Source: Rhynchopus sp. YZ270_cl-10
Lineage: Eukaryota
Assembly: GCA_964035575.1 (NCBI GenBank)
Contig: OZ037834.1
Span: forward strand, 62,001 to 126,000
Direction of reading: 5' to 3'
DNA length: 64,000 nt
Below are positions 12,560-25,196 of the stretch, one piece after another (the first letter of the stretch is position 1; every line of letters begins with the position of its first letter). The notes under the pieces were generated by a model. It saw only the letters and a list, made by a program, of their open reading frames with translations, made no database searches and was not told the DNA's origin. The position numbers and the translations under genes were made by a program.

Positions 12560-13760
12560 AGAGCTGCTGTCGCCGAACACCAACAGCAGACCCGAAGTCT
12601 TGCTTCAAAAAAATGTCGGCGGCAAGTGGGGGTCGTGAAGAAAGGGTGGGTGGAGAAGTTCGGTCAGGACGAGAAGAATACCTGGCTAGACTTTGAGGTT
12701 GCTCACTCCTCAGATGCACTCAGATGGGCACAGAACAAACACCTCGCCAGTGGCGATACAATAAGGCGTGCGAAGTGAAGGCACAGAAGGGAAGGGCAAC
12801 TACACAGCCCCCTCAAGATCGTCCAGCCCTCCTCTCGTTCACGTGTCGGAAATGATCACGATGTGGGCAATGTCGGGGAAAATCCCTGTGGGAGGTAAAG
12901 TGCTGCAGTGTGATTGCACTAATTACCGGCAGTTCTATCAGAGGGGTTCATAAAGACGCCAACGTGTTGTTGCTCCGCTTCGCCCTGTCCTTGGAGGCGG
13001 GACAAGCATTGCGTGCTGTGGAGAGATATGTGGGCTTGCAGAAAACGAAGATGTGTCCGCCAACACCAGGTCTGTCTCCAAACAGCTGCAAGACGCCATT
13101 AGTGCTGGAGTGTTACAGAAAGGGGGGTGTAAGGGGGTTATTACTGACAGCTGCAGTTGACGGGGCAGAAGAAGGGTCTCGTCGGGGTGATGAAAAACTC
13201 AAGGAGAGCTGTTTCGCTGACAGTACACCTCATCCATGGTGATGAAGGCTCTGATGACGCTCCCCGAGGTGAAGGCGCTGTCGGACATGATACGGGACCG
13301 ACAAGCTACCTTTCGCCCAAGCTCTTTCCACGACTTGGTGCACGAGTTGGAGAAGAAGTTCGCGAAGACGGGCAAACAGAGGAAACTTCTGAGACCTTCT
13401 GTCTCGCACATAATCCGTGGCTGGCCAAGCACACATCCACGTTTCTGCGGGCAAAGAGGCTGCTCCCTATGTGGAGACATCCACGTGGCTGTCGGCACTG
13501 CGTGGAAGACACGAAGCTTCTCCACCTTTCTTGAAGCTCACAACCTCGCATCGAAGTTTGGATTTCTACTGTGCCTTGCTAAGCATTTTTTGCAGAGATC
13601 CACTCTGGCATCCTCTTTCACGTCCTCTTTACTGTCAACGAGAACATCACTGTGATTGAGCTGCTGGAAAATAGAGAGCAGTGCGGCACGCATGAAAGCT
13701 TGCGACATATACATAGCGGGGCTGAAGCGTATATGAAGAGGAGAGGTCCAGTTGCGAAGG
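12560..13760 (+). pseudogene. Degenerate hAT transposase (ZNF862/ZMYM-like)
   Basis: Motifs in the expected order across frameshifts: WVEKFG..WL, IALITGSS...NVLLLRF, AAVDGA..G..LKE, degraded CxAH (CFAD), IIRGWPS, and dimerisation-like ASKFGFLLCLAKHFL. Confidence 0.65.
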
Positions 13761-13839
13761 CAATTTGTCAAGATGCTTAGCATATACCACATATCTGCGC
13801 TCTCTGACGCAGACGTGAAGGAATACGCGAACCAGGAGA

Positions 13840-14530
13840 TGGACCTCATATGGACCTCATTTTAGACTTCATCAAGGGATGCATCGTCCACTGCCGGGAT
13901 GAGAGCGACGACACATCTCGGCGTTTCAATACCGGAGCACGGCCGACTATGGGTGGGTCGCTTGAGCACCATCCATTTTCGGGACAGGTTCATTCGGCAG
14001 GTGAGTTGTTACACACTCATTACCGGATGCGGGCAGTGGCTTCTTGCGCAACCTATGGCCAAGCAGGACACACCGTGGTGCCGGTGGTTCCACAGTGATA
14101 AACGGCACAGGGGAGAGTAAAGACCACCTTTGAATACAATGTTGCCTTCTCTGTTCTACATACAAAGTAGAGGGTATATTCAGGAAGCTGTGCAACCCTG
14201 TGCTCAAAAGAACCCCAGGTAGCAGTGACGATACTCTACGATGAGAAGATTATCAAGGGATGCTGACCCGAAAACCTGCAGACGCGGATTTATCCTAGAA
14301 CATTCACGGTTAACATTGCAGGGAAAGCCACGTCTGCCTAGCTTCGCAAACGGAAGGATCATGTTGCACTGAAGGGAATAGTTGAGAACGTTGAGAAGAG
14401 CATGTGTGCATGGCAACAGTTCTCTCCCACTACAGCGAAGAGGCGATGGATGACGAGGACGTTGAGGAAGAGGAGTATGAAGAAGATGAACGAAGAAGAA
14501 GAGGAAGGCGGAAGCGATGACGGCGACGTC
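13840..14530 (+). pseudogene. Degenerate PIF/Harbinger transposase fragment
   Basis: IKGCI..., TTHLGVSIP, GQWLLA, then EYNVAFS..VEGIFRKL (cf. YN..HS..R..VE..FG.LK) and an acidic tail. Confidence 0.5.
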
Positions 14531-16831
14531 CGACCGACCAAGCGCGTGAGCCTGTACGCGTTTCATGATCAATAGATTGCGTCATGTGTTGCTTTTGACT
14601 GCACCTCTCCGCTTTGGCGGAAGGTAGCGAAATGGTACTTAGGCACACCCCTCAGCACCCCTCTTTACAACCCACCTAATACGTAATCCGGGTTTTCCCC
14701 GAACATGTACACCCCCCTACACGGCATGACAACCGGGAGAAATACGGTAGAAACACGGGGAATCGGTTGCTGCCACACCAAGAAGATCCAAAAAAAAACC
14801 CCTGTTTGAGCACTTTTGACCCTCTCCAGAGGGTACATAGTGCATACACCCCCTTTTTAGCAACTGTAAATAGCCGACTCCCGACTCAGACTCCCGGACC
14901 CCCAGACCTTATTTACACCCTTGGTGGGGAGGGTGGGGGTACCTCACCCGCTTCCGGAAGAGGACCCAACAACAAACAAGGTTTAGTGAGAGGTCTGTTT
15001 CGGGTATTCGCTCGAAAGGCCTAATTTAAATTTTAAAACCCACAGAACGCTTGACACGACGAGCAGTCGCGGATCGTCTGGAACCTCTCCAACTGCATCC
15101 CGACATCCTGATTAATTTTCTAAGTCTGGAGCCCCACGGCATCTTACCATATGGGGAGAGCCGCCGAGGAACACCATGCACCATGCAGACCGGAAGCGAC
15201 GTACAGAGCCACGTAGCCACATGAGTGAGTCCTCCTGCATGTCTGTTTGCACAGAGCGACCTTCGCAAGCACCGCACCCTCTCAGCACAGCTGAGGCATG
15301 ACAACGTATGGGACGACCATGCAGTGCCATGATGTGGTCATATGACCCCTGAATCCGAGGTCTTGACACCTTGCGTCCGGGTGCTTGCGTTGCACTGGGA
15401 AACGCGTTGCAAGAGCAACCCTCCCGTCCGCAACGACAGCACACTACACTGGTCTTGCAGGGTTGCCAGGTTCGGGTGCTTTGAAGGTGGCTCTTCGGCT
15501 TGAAAAGAACAGCCTTCACTCCTGTCGGGGGTTGGATGTGCAGAAGATGAACGACACCGGGTATACACATCGTGCTGCGGCGTTTTCGGGCAGACTGATT
15601 GCTTTACAGTGACACACGGCCTTACATGATTGTAGTCCTTTTGTTGATGACGTTCCTCATGGGCGGGGTATGGAAACTGCTGGGAAAAGTAGGGTCGGAT
15701 CGGTTCACGATCATCAACACAATATCTTCGGGCAAAGGACCTTGTCCGAAGGGACTACAGGGGCAGAACGCATTGTGTGTGATCTGCAATACAAGATGGT
15801 GACGTTTCGATACACTGTACAATGTACCTTCACAAAAACCAGGAAGCAGTTTTGGGGGGGCTGTTTGATGAACTAACGCATCACTCTCATGACGTTCACC
15901 CTCTGAGGCAGACGAGGTGTCACGAGAGATCGACTGTCCACATTCCGTAGAGCACTGGTGCGATGAAGAAGATGCCCACCCAATGCTCCATGGCGACAAA
16001 TTAATTTTTTGTATACAACAAAGAAGAACGCAAGCAGCGCTGTGCAGCAGCCTCGCAACACGACACTCGAGCGCCATCTGCGAGAAGCCGAGATACATGC
16101 TAGAATCGCAGGTGTACAAGGTTACACTTGGACAAATACTGCAAATCCATTTTTTTCCAACCGAAATCCGAAATCAACGACAAATGTCCCTAACCCCTTT
16201 CATATGACAGCATCTGCATTGTCCAAGTGTGTGGCATCTGTCGATGTCTGGGATAAAAACCATCCAGAAGCCTTATGACGTGCTTGAAGGAGTTGGGAGT
16301 TGGTGTGCATGCTTGCAGAAGAAACAGAGGGGCGAGTAGACATTTGTAGTAACGTATGCAACTAGAGGCGGTGGCACGACGATGCAATTAGGTTGCAAAG
16401 AAAAAACTTTGAACACTGCACACTGCAGGAAGAATTGGGGGCTTGTCAAATCTGGCACGTACAATTATGTGAGCACGTTCACATAATTGTGTATGGCTTC
16501 GTAGCCCGGAGTGCCGGGATTAGGAATTGGGACGACGAGAAGCAAGGAAGAGGAGGGGGTGAGGCTTTGATCGTTTTGATCCTACTTCCTCCTGCTACCG
16601 CGACGTCTGCGGAAAGGGTGCAAAGGTGTTTGCCTCATGGCGACATGACATCAGCGAGATGCCTCATATGCTTCACATCTCCAACACCACACACACTACG
16701 TCAGTGAGAGAGAGCTTCGCGCAAAATAAGCGCCCGACATCCATGCAAGCTGCACTATGCAGGAGACAGGATGGCACGCCCCAGGACCTAGCTAGGCCCA
16801 TATGAGTGGATGAAGTGTGGTGTGCGCACTG

Positions 16832-16990
16832 CATATCTTCATTCGTTTCAAGGATTAAGCCATGCAAGCCTCCGAGTAAAATGGATTAACAGTGGATCTG
16901 CAGACGGCTCATTAAATCAGCTACAATCCACGGGAAAGGTGCCTTACGGCGTCCAGTAGGATGATCATGGTAACTCTCCACCGACAACGG
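16832..16990 (+). pseudogene. Degenerate 5' fragment of SSU (18S) rRNA
   Basis: GTTTCAAGGATTAAGCCATGCAAG, CTGCAGACGGCTCATTAAATCAGCTA and GGTAACTCT in canonical order; no continuation. Confidence 0.85.
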
Positions 16991-17222
16991 TCTTAAAGGA
17001 GCTCGCTGGGGGAATAGAAACATTTGGTGAGACGACGTGGGGGTAGGACAGCGGGAGACACCCACTGAAATACCTCTTCCCTGGTAGGTCTTGGCCTGGT
17101 AGAAGCAAACCCTACACCTTCTTTTGAAGGAAGGCTGAGGCAAGCAGCCTTCGTTGGTTCTCTGGTGTCCCTTATCCTGCCAACCCCCACCCCCAAGCAG
17201 TTCTAGACCACTATTCCCCCTA

Positions 17223-17308
17223 GACAATACCCCGAAGGCGAATCCGTATTCACCCTCTTTTCGGATCCGAATATAGGCCGAATACGCCTTCGCCTTCGGG
17301 GTATTGTC
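17223..17308. mobile_element. 86-bp TA-flanked MITE
   Basis: TA|GACAATACCCCGAAGGCGAA ... TTCGCCTTCGGGGTATTGTC|TA; same family as 1085-1338. Confidence 0.85.
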
Positions 17309-19523
17309 TAGGGCAAGTCTAGCCTATGACCATGTAACCATATGACCACTATGAAACCCTTGAACGGTGCCTCGTGTTCTCCAAGCTGGTGTGTGTCTCG
17401 TTGGACCCCGACTAACCCACCCACCCACTCACTCGCCTTGCATCAACAAAACGCCCCAAGGTGGTTTCTTACATACACATGATTCCCAAAAATGCCTCAC
17501 TGTGCACACAGCAGGTTCTGAAGCAAGCAACATAGAGGAGTGAGACATAAAGCAACAAACAGACAAACAAAAAGAACACACACAGAACCATGCCTTGCCC
17601 TGATAAGGGTTCCGAGCAGCAGCCTCGACTATTTTGAACAGAACACTGAAACTGGGACCCCCACCCTCCCCTCCCCTCCACAACTCACCCCATCAGCTTC
17701 AGCGTTGCTCCTTCTTCTACGTTTTTTTTGTGCTGTGCGTTCTATCACAGAGATAAGAGGACCATGCGAGCAGTAGCATTTGCAGTACGGAAGTGTGGCT
17801 ATACGGGCACCCATAAACGCAACCTACCCACCCACCTACCCCCACATGGCACCGTATCACTCAGACGCAACAAATAATGTGAGCTCAAGGGATGGAGAGG
17901 TACCAACCCTGCCCACTACAGAGCACCAGATGAGATGATACCTGAGATCAACACACACAGAGATATACCGCCCGCCAGAAGACGCTACGCATACAGCTCT
18001 AACCAATATGGGCTACATTCTATGAGGGGATTACCCGCAACATTGGTTTTCCAAACCACACAAAAAAAAACCCCCCCGCACAACTCGACACCCCTACACC
18101 CTACCACCCCCACTCTATGTTCATTGCAGAACACATCCGCAGCACAGCGCACAAAGATGTTCGTTTAGCGATATCGTAGCCAAGCTCAGTGCACAGTGAG
18201 AACCAAGAAGGGGGTTTTTTTTTTTTGCAGGGTCTCTCCCATATGCACATCACATCACACCCAAAAGGGCTATGGTCTGCGCAAGAATTACCCTCATAAG
18301 GCCATCCACACCACACCACACACCGCGCCGTAACACCCAGCCTAGCTCTACTAGAAAACCCTTAAGGGGACTAGGTTCTGCGCAAGCAGAATTACCCTCG
18401 CAAGGCCTCTGATACCACACACCAACCACCGCGACTAAATATGCTACTAGGCAAGCAAACTCTGCAGTCACCAAACCCAATCCCCCACACCACAGAAAAT
18501 GATCCCCTCCCCTCAGCACTGTCTGCGGTAACTTAAACCCCCAACCCCCCCAAAAATGAGCAAATACCCCCCCCCCCCCCCAGCGACAAGGGAACCACCA
18601 ACTGATATCAAACAACCCAACACACTACACCACACAGCCGCTTTAGAACCCTCCAAAAAGGAGTGTCCTTTTTGCCACCATTCATTTGCAGGCAGGTGAC
18701 AAAAAAAAGCGTTGTGCAGACCAGTGTAGAAGAGGGTGATTGACGCATTGCCCGGAGATAAGGGTACGACCACCACTAACGTGGCGTCACTACCCTATGG
18801 CACTTTGCTGCGATTTTTTTTTTTTTGTTCTGCTGCCCCTCAACACAGCACCACCTCCACCACCTCCTCCTCCTCCTCTTCCTCCACAGCGGCAAATATC
18901 GCATTATCGCCATATGATGCGTACCACACGCAAAGAAAAAAAAAACCCCCCCCATCCCCTTCCTCTGCAAGGGGCCATCTCTCACTCTGCTCTGCGCACT
19001 CTCCTCACACAAAAAAACGCAGCAGGGGATCTGTCTCATAGTGTTCTAAAGTGTTCTGAACACGCCTCCGCTTTCCCTATCCCCCCCCGTCTGAACAAAC
19101 TGTTCTCATGATGAAATGCAAACCCACGCATCCACAGCTTCTCTATATGAAACCGCACCACACCACCCCCATACAGCACAATCTACAGTACGACTAGCAG
19201 AATTCCGCACAGTGCACTACAAATTCACCCCCCTACACCTTCTCCCTCTCCCACCACCTCTCAGCAACGCTACCGTACCCCCTTGCAGCAAGCACATCCC
19301 TGGATAGAGACACGCTTACTCTCCCTTTCTATGCGTTCCTTTTCCCTTTGCAGTCGATGCGTCGTGGGACAAATGAGGGTAGTGTTCCGTAAAGGAATCA
19401 TAATAGATCGTTTCCTTTCCTGAAACGGCATCAAAGTGTACAGTCGTGGGACCACTGACGGTATCTGATCCATCTTTGATACCCCCCCCAAACATTCTCC
19501 CTATTCATGAAGACCCCGCATCT

Positions 19524-20480
19524 CTACAGCGCTGCAACACACAAGGCACGCAGGCCATACCCACTGAACGGTGTCTCAGGAGAGCTGGGGAGGTGCTCCG
19601 CAATGCAGGAGGTGCTGTGGGGCCTTCCACCCCCTCCACCCCTTCTCCCTCCCCCTACCCTGGCCTCATGCAGGATTAGATCCCCCAGCCCTTCTGCTGC
19701 TGCGGCTATGGTCGATCGAGCTGCCTCCTCTCTCACTATAGCACGCCACAGGATTGACGCTATCCCTGCATCAAACAAGCTGGCTACATCACGTAGCCCT
19801 GCGTACTCTTCACTTAGCACCGTTAAAACCATCTCTCGGTGTGCCTGCACGAGAAGACCTTGCAGACCATCTGCCCACCTCCCCACCACAATACCCCGAC
19901 ACCCCCTTTCTGCGTGCTGCAAGATAGACTGCAGGAGGGTGTCCTCCGTTGTGAGAATCTCGGAGCGTCCTTCGGACTCGCCGGACAGCATTTCCGTCGG
20001 ATTAGGGGGTTGTTGAATCTGCAGTGGTTGCCGGAGTGTGTCTGTCAACGCTTTCGCTGCTTGGAGATCAATAGAAAGGCGGTGTGTTGTTTCCTTAAAG
20101 AGAAGATCACTGCGAGAGGAGAATTCATTCAGGGTAAAGGATAATCTCTGTTTCGCGCAGTGTGCGTGATATATAAGGGTGTAGTATGCATCAGCCTCTC
20201 GTGTCTCAATGGCAGATCGGAGAGAAGCTTCCAACGGTGTGACACCACGCGAGGCGCGGGTTTGCAACGAAAGACACGACAGCACCCCCACAGTCGCCGC
20301 AGTGACCTCCTGTTGTGCAGCGTGCTCCTGGGCTCTAACTATGGCGGCACGTCCTTCGCCTTCTGCGCGGAGGAGACACAATGAACGTCGAAATGAACAC
20401 AACGTCGGAAGCACAGCAGCTGGAGGATGTGGGTGATAGGTGTGATGTTTGGGTACGTTCTGCAAGGGGATAGCTTCCAT
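19524..20480 (-). CDS. Hypothetical helical/coiled-coil protein (exon boundaries uncertain)
   Basis: 318-codon ATG-initiated ORF, Ala/Leu/Glu-rich, on the same strand as the other genes; no recognised domain. Confidence 0.5.
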   Translation of the reverse strand: MEAIPLQNVPKHHTYHPHPPAAVLPTLCSFRRSLCLLRAEGEGRAAIVRAQEHAAQQEVTAATVGVLSCLSLQTRASRGVTPLEASLRSAIETREADAYYTLIYHAHCAKQRLSFTLNEFSSRSDLLFKETTHRLSIDLQAAKALTDTLRQPLQIQQPPNPTEMLSGESEGRSEILTTEDTLLQSILQHAERGCRGIVVGRWADGLQGLLVQAHREMVLTVLSEEYAGLRDVASLFDAGIASILWRAIVREEAARSTIAAAAEGLGDLILHEARVGGGRRGGGGGRPHSTSCIAEHLPSSPETPFSGYGLRALCVAAL

Positions 20481-22227
20481 TTATAAAAATGGCAAAAAAA
20501 AAAAAAAAATGTGGAAAAAAAAAAGCCCTCAAATGGCGATGTGTCTAACACCTTAGAGTGCAGGGGGGAGGGTCAACCAGGTTTGTTGTCACTCTAATCG
20601 ATAGGGGATTGCTCCCCCTGAGATCAGTGAGCAAAGAAACGAGCCTAATGATATTGATATATTCCAGTGTAGGGAGGTTGGAGTGTGCCCTGTGTGGGGA
20701 GATGTTGGGTTGGGGGATGGTGTGGTAACTAGGTTGTATGGTCCCCTCTGGCAGGCGCAATGAAATGGTAGTTTCATATACTAACCATTCTACTGAAGAG
20801 AAGGTATAATAGGGTGCACTAAATGTACCCAAACTTTTTTTGAAATAAGGACAAAACAGACGAAAAAACAGACCCAAAAGGCCACCGGAACCTATACCCA
20901 GAGCAACTGAATGAGTAACAGTACAAAAGCTACCTGCCTCCTGTCTCTGTCTTTCCCAGCACAGTGGACAGTCTCCGTGCATATACCGAATGAAGTTCAG
21001 AAGCTTCATTGGTCTCAACATACAGTTCACCCAGACATTAGAGCATCGTTTGCAAGGGTGTGTTCTTTGGAGGAGTCTCCTGATGAAGAAAAAAAGGGGG
21101 GAAAGTTTATCTCAAATGAACAATAAAAGTGGGGAGTAGACATGGGAGAGTCTTTGGATATTTGATGTAAAAGAGAAAGAAGATGCAAGGCAAAGAGGGG
21201 GGCAAGAAGAAAAAACACAAAGAAACACAAACACCGTTCCGCCCTTTGTGCGCACCCTGGCCAGCCGCCTGTCGCCGTCGCATAAGACACCCCCCGCCCG
21301 CCCGCAGCCGCTGCAGCAGCGCTGTCCAGCTCTGTTGTTAACAACAAAGAACGAAGTACGGAAAGGCACACTCAGTTGATTCTAAAAAGAAGTGCCAATG
21401 TCAAAAGCAATGAGTTGACCCTGTACTATCACTCTATTGTCCTCACCTTTGCAAACAGATATCATAATAAACCGATTCCAGGGAGGTTGTGAGCATGTGT
21501 TTGTGCTCAGACCCCACAGAACATCAAAATGGTGTGGAACGGATGAGGCGAGGTTTTGAGATTGACCCACATGCATTCTGCTCTCACCTCCCACTCACCT
21601 CTGTTCCCATCATAAGCCCACTCCTCCTCCCCTCCTCCCAGCCTTTCCTCCTTTTCCCTTCAACCCCATCACTCTGTAATACCCCCCGACGAGGCACCTT
21701 CCTCCCCATCGCTTAGTGTATTGTCCACATCGCTGTCCGCAAAGCCAAGCGTTTGCCCTGCCGGCAGCACCCCAAGAAGACTTGCCGTATTCCTGCATTT
21801 GAACACAACGTACGTCCCCACCGCCTTTCCTACAGACGCTGCCGCCAGCGCAATCGACACATAGCTCCGAGATCGTTTTACACGGTGTTTGGTGCGTTGC
21901 GATCGCACAGGTACACAACGAGAAAGCAGCTGTGTTTTCTGAGTGCCTCGCTGACTCTCATTCAGACACTGTCTTCTAAGACTCACACCGACGTCGCAGA
22001 ATGGGACAAGCCCAGAACCGTACCCCCTGCTGTCAGCCACGAGATCCTGCAGCGTTTGGAGATCCTGAAGGAGAATGCGTGGGTGAGGCCGCTGCCGTCT
22101 CAGATGTCTCCTCGACCAAATGGGCGGAGATATTCGAAGGCCCACCTGAGCGAGTTGCGCAGCTGAGTGAAGCAGCTGTCACAGCGGAGCTGCTCTACGT
22201 TCCTTGCCTAGCTTGTCCTGTCGCTCT

Positions 22228-23190
22228 TTACGAAACACTGCAGCAATGCGCGTCTGCTTTCGTCTTGCCTCTGCCACGTGTCGGAGGTGCGTCAACCACA
22301 TACTTCTTCAGCTTGCATTCACGTACTCGACTGGACACAGCACTGCTGCAGCCAGTGAGGTGGATGCTCCTCAACGAAGTGCAGTTGTTAGCAAAAAGCA
22401 CACCAAAGTGCGTAACTCTGCTGAGTGGTGACAGGTCTAGTTCTGTGAGACTGCTGCAGTTCCGAAGAAAGCTTGTACTAATGCGAGTAACATTGCGAAG
22501 TGGCGATAAGTCCACTGCTGTGAGGCTGCTGCAGTAGGCCAGAAACCAAGTATCTATTTGTGTAACATTGCAAAGTGGCGATAAGTCCACTGCTGTGAGG
22601 CTCCTGCAGTGTTCAAGAAAGTTTGCACCAACGTGAGTAACTTTGCTGACAGGCGATAAGCACACTGCTGTGAGGCTGCTGCATTTGGCAAGAAAGTTGG
22701 TACCAATCCGCGTGAGACGTGTCAACCCAGACAGATCGACGCTTGTCAACGTTGTGCATCCGCAAAGAAACTTGTCACCAACCTCCGTCACACAAGACAC
22801 AGCACTCAGATCAAGTGCTGTTAACGATGCGCGTGCCAAGAAATTATACGGAATGACAGTCGCAACCTCCGCCTGCGGAAGCAAACACGCCACCTCAGGA
22901 TCTTCCACAGTCTTCAGCCTTTCTGCAGTGATGTCCCTCTCACCCAACGCATGAAGTGCTGCTCTGACCTCGACCTTCTTCTCCGTCGTCAACACAATTG
23001 TGTCTCCAGCACTCAGCTGCGTCATGTCGTATCCTCCGTCCATTGCCTCCCCGCCGAAACTCATCACAAAGCCGTCTTCAGGCAACCCCACTGCAGACGC
23101 CACCTTCCGACGCATCACCGCAGGTGTGTCATCTTCACCCAGCTCGACCGTATGCTTCACTCCGTTCAACCCTTTGATGGTCAAATCCAT
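22228..23190 (-). CDS. Ubiquitin-like domain + BspA-like leucine-rich-repeat protein, copy 1 (320 aa)
   Basis: N-terminal MDLTIKGLNG...GDTIVL ubiquitin-fold pattern; 24-aa LRRs LTAVDLSPLxNVTxIxxxFLxxCxS; ends CCSVS. Confidence 0.9.
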   Translation of the reverse strand: MDLTIKGLNGVKHTVELGEDDTPAVMRRKVASAVGLPEDGFVMSFGGEAMDGGYDMTQLSAGDTIVLTTEKKVEVRAALHALGERDITAERLKTVEDPEVACLLPQAEVATVIPYNFLARASLTALDLSAVSCVTEVGDKFLCGCTTLTSVDLSGLTRLTRIGTNFLAKCSSLTAVCLSPVSKVTHVGANFLEHCRSLTAVDLSPLCNVTQIDTWFLAYCSSLTAVDLSPLRNVTRISTSFLRNCSSLTELDLSPLSRVTHFGVLFANNCTSLRSIHLTGCSSAVSSRVRECKLKKYVVDAPPTRGRGKTKADAHCCSVS

Positions 23191-24233
23191 ATTTTCTTAT
23201 AATCAAAAGCCTTTTCCTGTTGTATTGGTGTGATGAGGTGGAGAAGGTGTGTGGAAAGAAACAACACTGCACATCTGCTCTCTCTTTTTTATAACATATT
23301 CATTTGGGGTGACGATGGGTGTACGCAGCAAGAAAAACAACACAAACAACAAAGAACGAAGTACGGAAAGGCACACTCAGTTGATTCTAAAAAGAAGTGC
23401 CAATGTCAAAAGCAATGAGTTGAACCTGTACTATCACTCTATTGTCCTCACCTTTGCAAACAGATATCATAATAAACCGATTCCAGGGAGGTTGTGAGCA
23501 TGTGTTTGTGCTCAGACCCCACAGAACATCAAAATGGTGTGGAACGGAAGAGGGGAAGGTTTTGAGATTGACCCACATGCATTCTGCTCTCACCTCCCAC
23601 TCACCTCTGTTCCCATCATAAGCCCACTCCTCCTCCCCTCCTCCCAGCCGTTCCTCCTTTTCCCTTCAACCCCATCACTCTGTAATACCCCCCGACGAGG
23701 CACCTTCCTCCCCATCGCTTAGTGTATTGTCCACATCGCTGTCCGCAAAGCCAAGCGTTTGCCCTGCCGGCAGCACCCCAAGAAGACTTGCCGTATTCCT
23801 GCATTTGAACACAACGTACGTCCCCACCGCCTTTCCTACAGACGCTGCCGCCAGCGCAATCGACACATAGCTCCGAGATCGTTTTACACGGTGTTTGGTG
23901 CGTTGCGATCGCACAGGTACACAACGAGAAAGCAGCTGTGTTTTCTGAGTGCCTCGCTGACTCTCATTCAGACACTGTCTTCTAAGACTCACACCGACGT
24001 CGCAGAATGGGACAAGCCCAGAACCGTACCCCCTGCTGTCAGCCACGAGATCCTGCAGCGTTTGGAGATCCTGAAGGAGAATGCGTGGGTGAGGCCGCTG
24101 CCGTCTCAGATGTCTCCTCGACCAAATGGGCGGAGATATTCGAAGGCCCACCTGAGCGAGTTGCGCAGCTGAGTGAAGCAGCTGTCACAGCGGAGCTGCT
24201 CTACGTTCCTTGCCTAGCTTGTCCTGTCGCTCT

Positions 24234-25196
24234 TTACGAAACACTGCAGCAATGCGCGTCTGCTTTCGTCTTGCCTCTGCCACGTGTCGGAGGTGCGTCA
24301 ACCACATACTTCTTCAGCTTGCATTCACGTACTCGACTGGACACAGCACTGCTGCAGCCAGTGAGGTGGATGCTCCTCAACGAAGTGCAGTTGTTAGCAA
24401 AAAGCACACCAAAGTGCGTAACTCTGCTGAGTGGTGACAGGTCTAGTTCTGTGAGACTGCTGCAGTTCCGAAGAAAGCTTGTACTAATGCGAGTAACATT
24501 GCGAAGTGGCGATAAGTCCACTGCTGTGAGGCTGCTGCAGTAGGCCAGAAACCAAGTATCTATTTGTGTAACATTGCAAAGTGGCGATAAGTCCACTGCT
24601 GTGAGGCTCCTGCAGTGTTCAAGAAAGTTTGCACCAACGTGAGTAACTTTGCTGACAGGCGATAAGCACACTGCTGTGAGGCTGCTGCATTTGGCAAGAA
24701 AGTTGGTACCAATCCGCGTGAGACGTGTCAACCCAGACAGATCGACGCTTGTCAACGTTGTGCATCCGCAAAGAAACTTGTCACCAACCTCCGTCACACA
24801 AGACACAGCACTCAGATCAAGTGCTGTTAACGATGCGCGTGCCAAGAAATTATACGGAATGACAGTCGCAACCTCCGCCTGCGGAAGCAAACACGCCACC
24901 TCAGGATCTTCCACAGTCTTCAGCCTTTCTGCAGTGATGTCCCTCTCACCCAACGCATGAAGTGCTGCTCTGACCTCGACCTTCTTCTCCGTCGTCAACA
25001 CAATTGTGTCTCCAGCACTCAGCTGCGTCATGTCGTATCCTCCGTCCATTGCCTCCCCGCCGAAACTCATCACAAAGCCGTCTTCAGGCAACCCCACTGC
25101 AGACGCCACCTTCCGACGCATCACCGCAGGTGTGTCATCTTCACCCAGCTCGACCGTATGCTTCACTCCGTTCAACCCTTTGATGGTCAAATCCAT
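24234..25196 (-). CDS. UBL-LRR protein, copy 2 (320 aa)
   Basis: Translation identical to copy 1. Confidence 0.9.
   Translation of the reverse strand: MDLTIKGLNGVKHTVELGEDDTPAVMRRKVASAVGLPEDGFVMSFGGEAMDGGYDMTQLSAGDTIVLTTEKKVEVRAALHALGERDITAERLKTVEDPEVACLLPQAEVATVIPYNFLARASLTALDLSAVSCVTEVGDKFLCGCTTLTSVDLSGLTRLTRIGTNFLAKCSSLTAVCLSPVSKVTHVGANFLEHCRSLTAVDLSPLCNVTQIDTWFLAYCSSLTAVDLSPLRNVTRISTSFLRNCSSLTELDLSPLSRVTHFGVLFANNCTSLRSIHLTGCSSAVSSRVRECKLKKYVVDAPPTRGRGKTKADAHCCSVS

Noticed and set aside
15050..16750. MULE/SWIM transposase pseudogene as a listed feature
   Set aside because: Only a loose Cys/His pattern; not enough motif order to call
3170..16990. Functional rDNA operon
   Set aside because: Only short, interrupted and mis-ordered fragments are present
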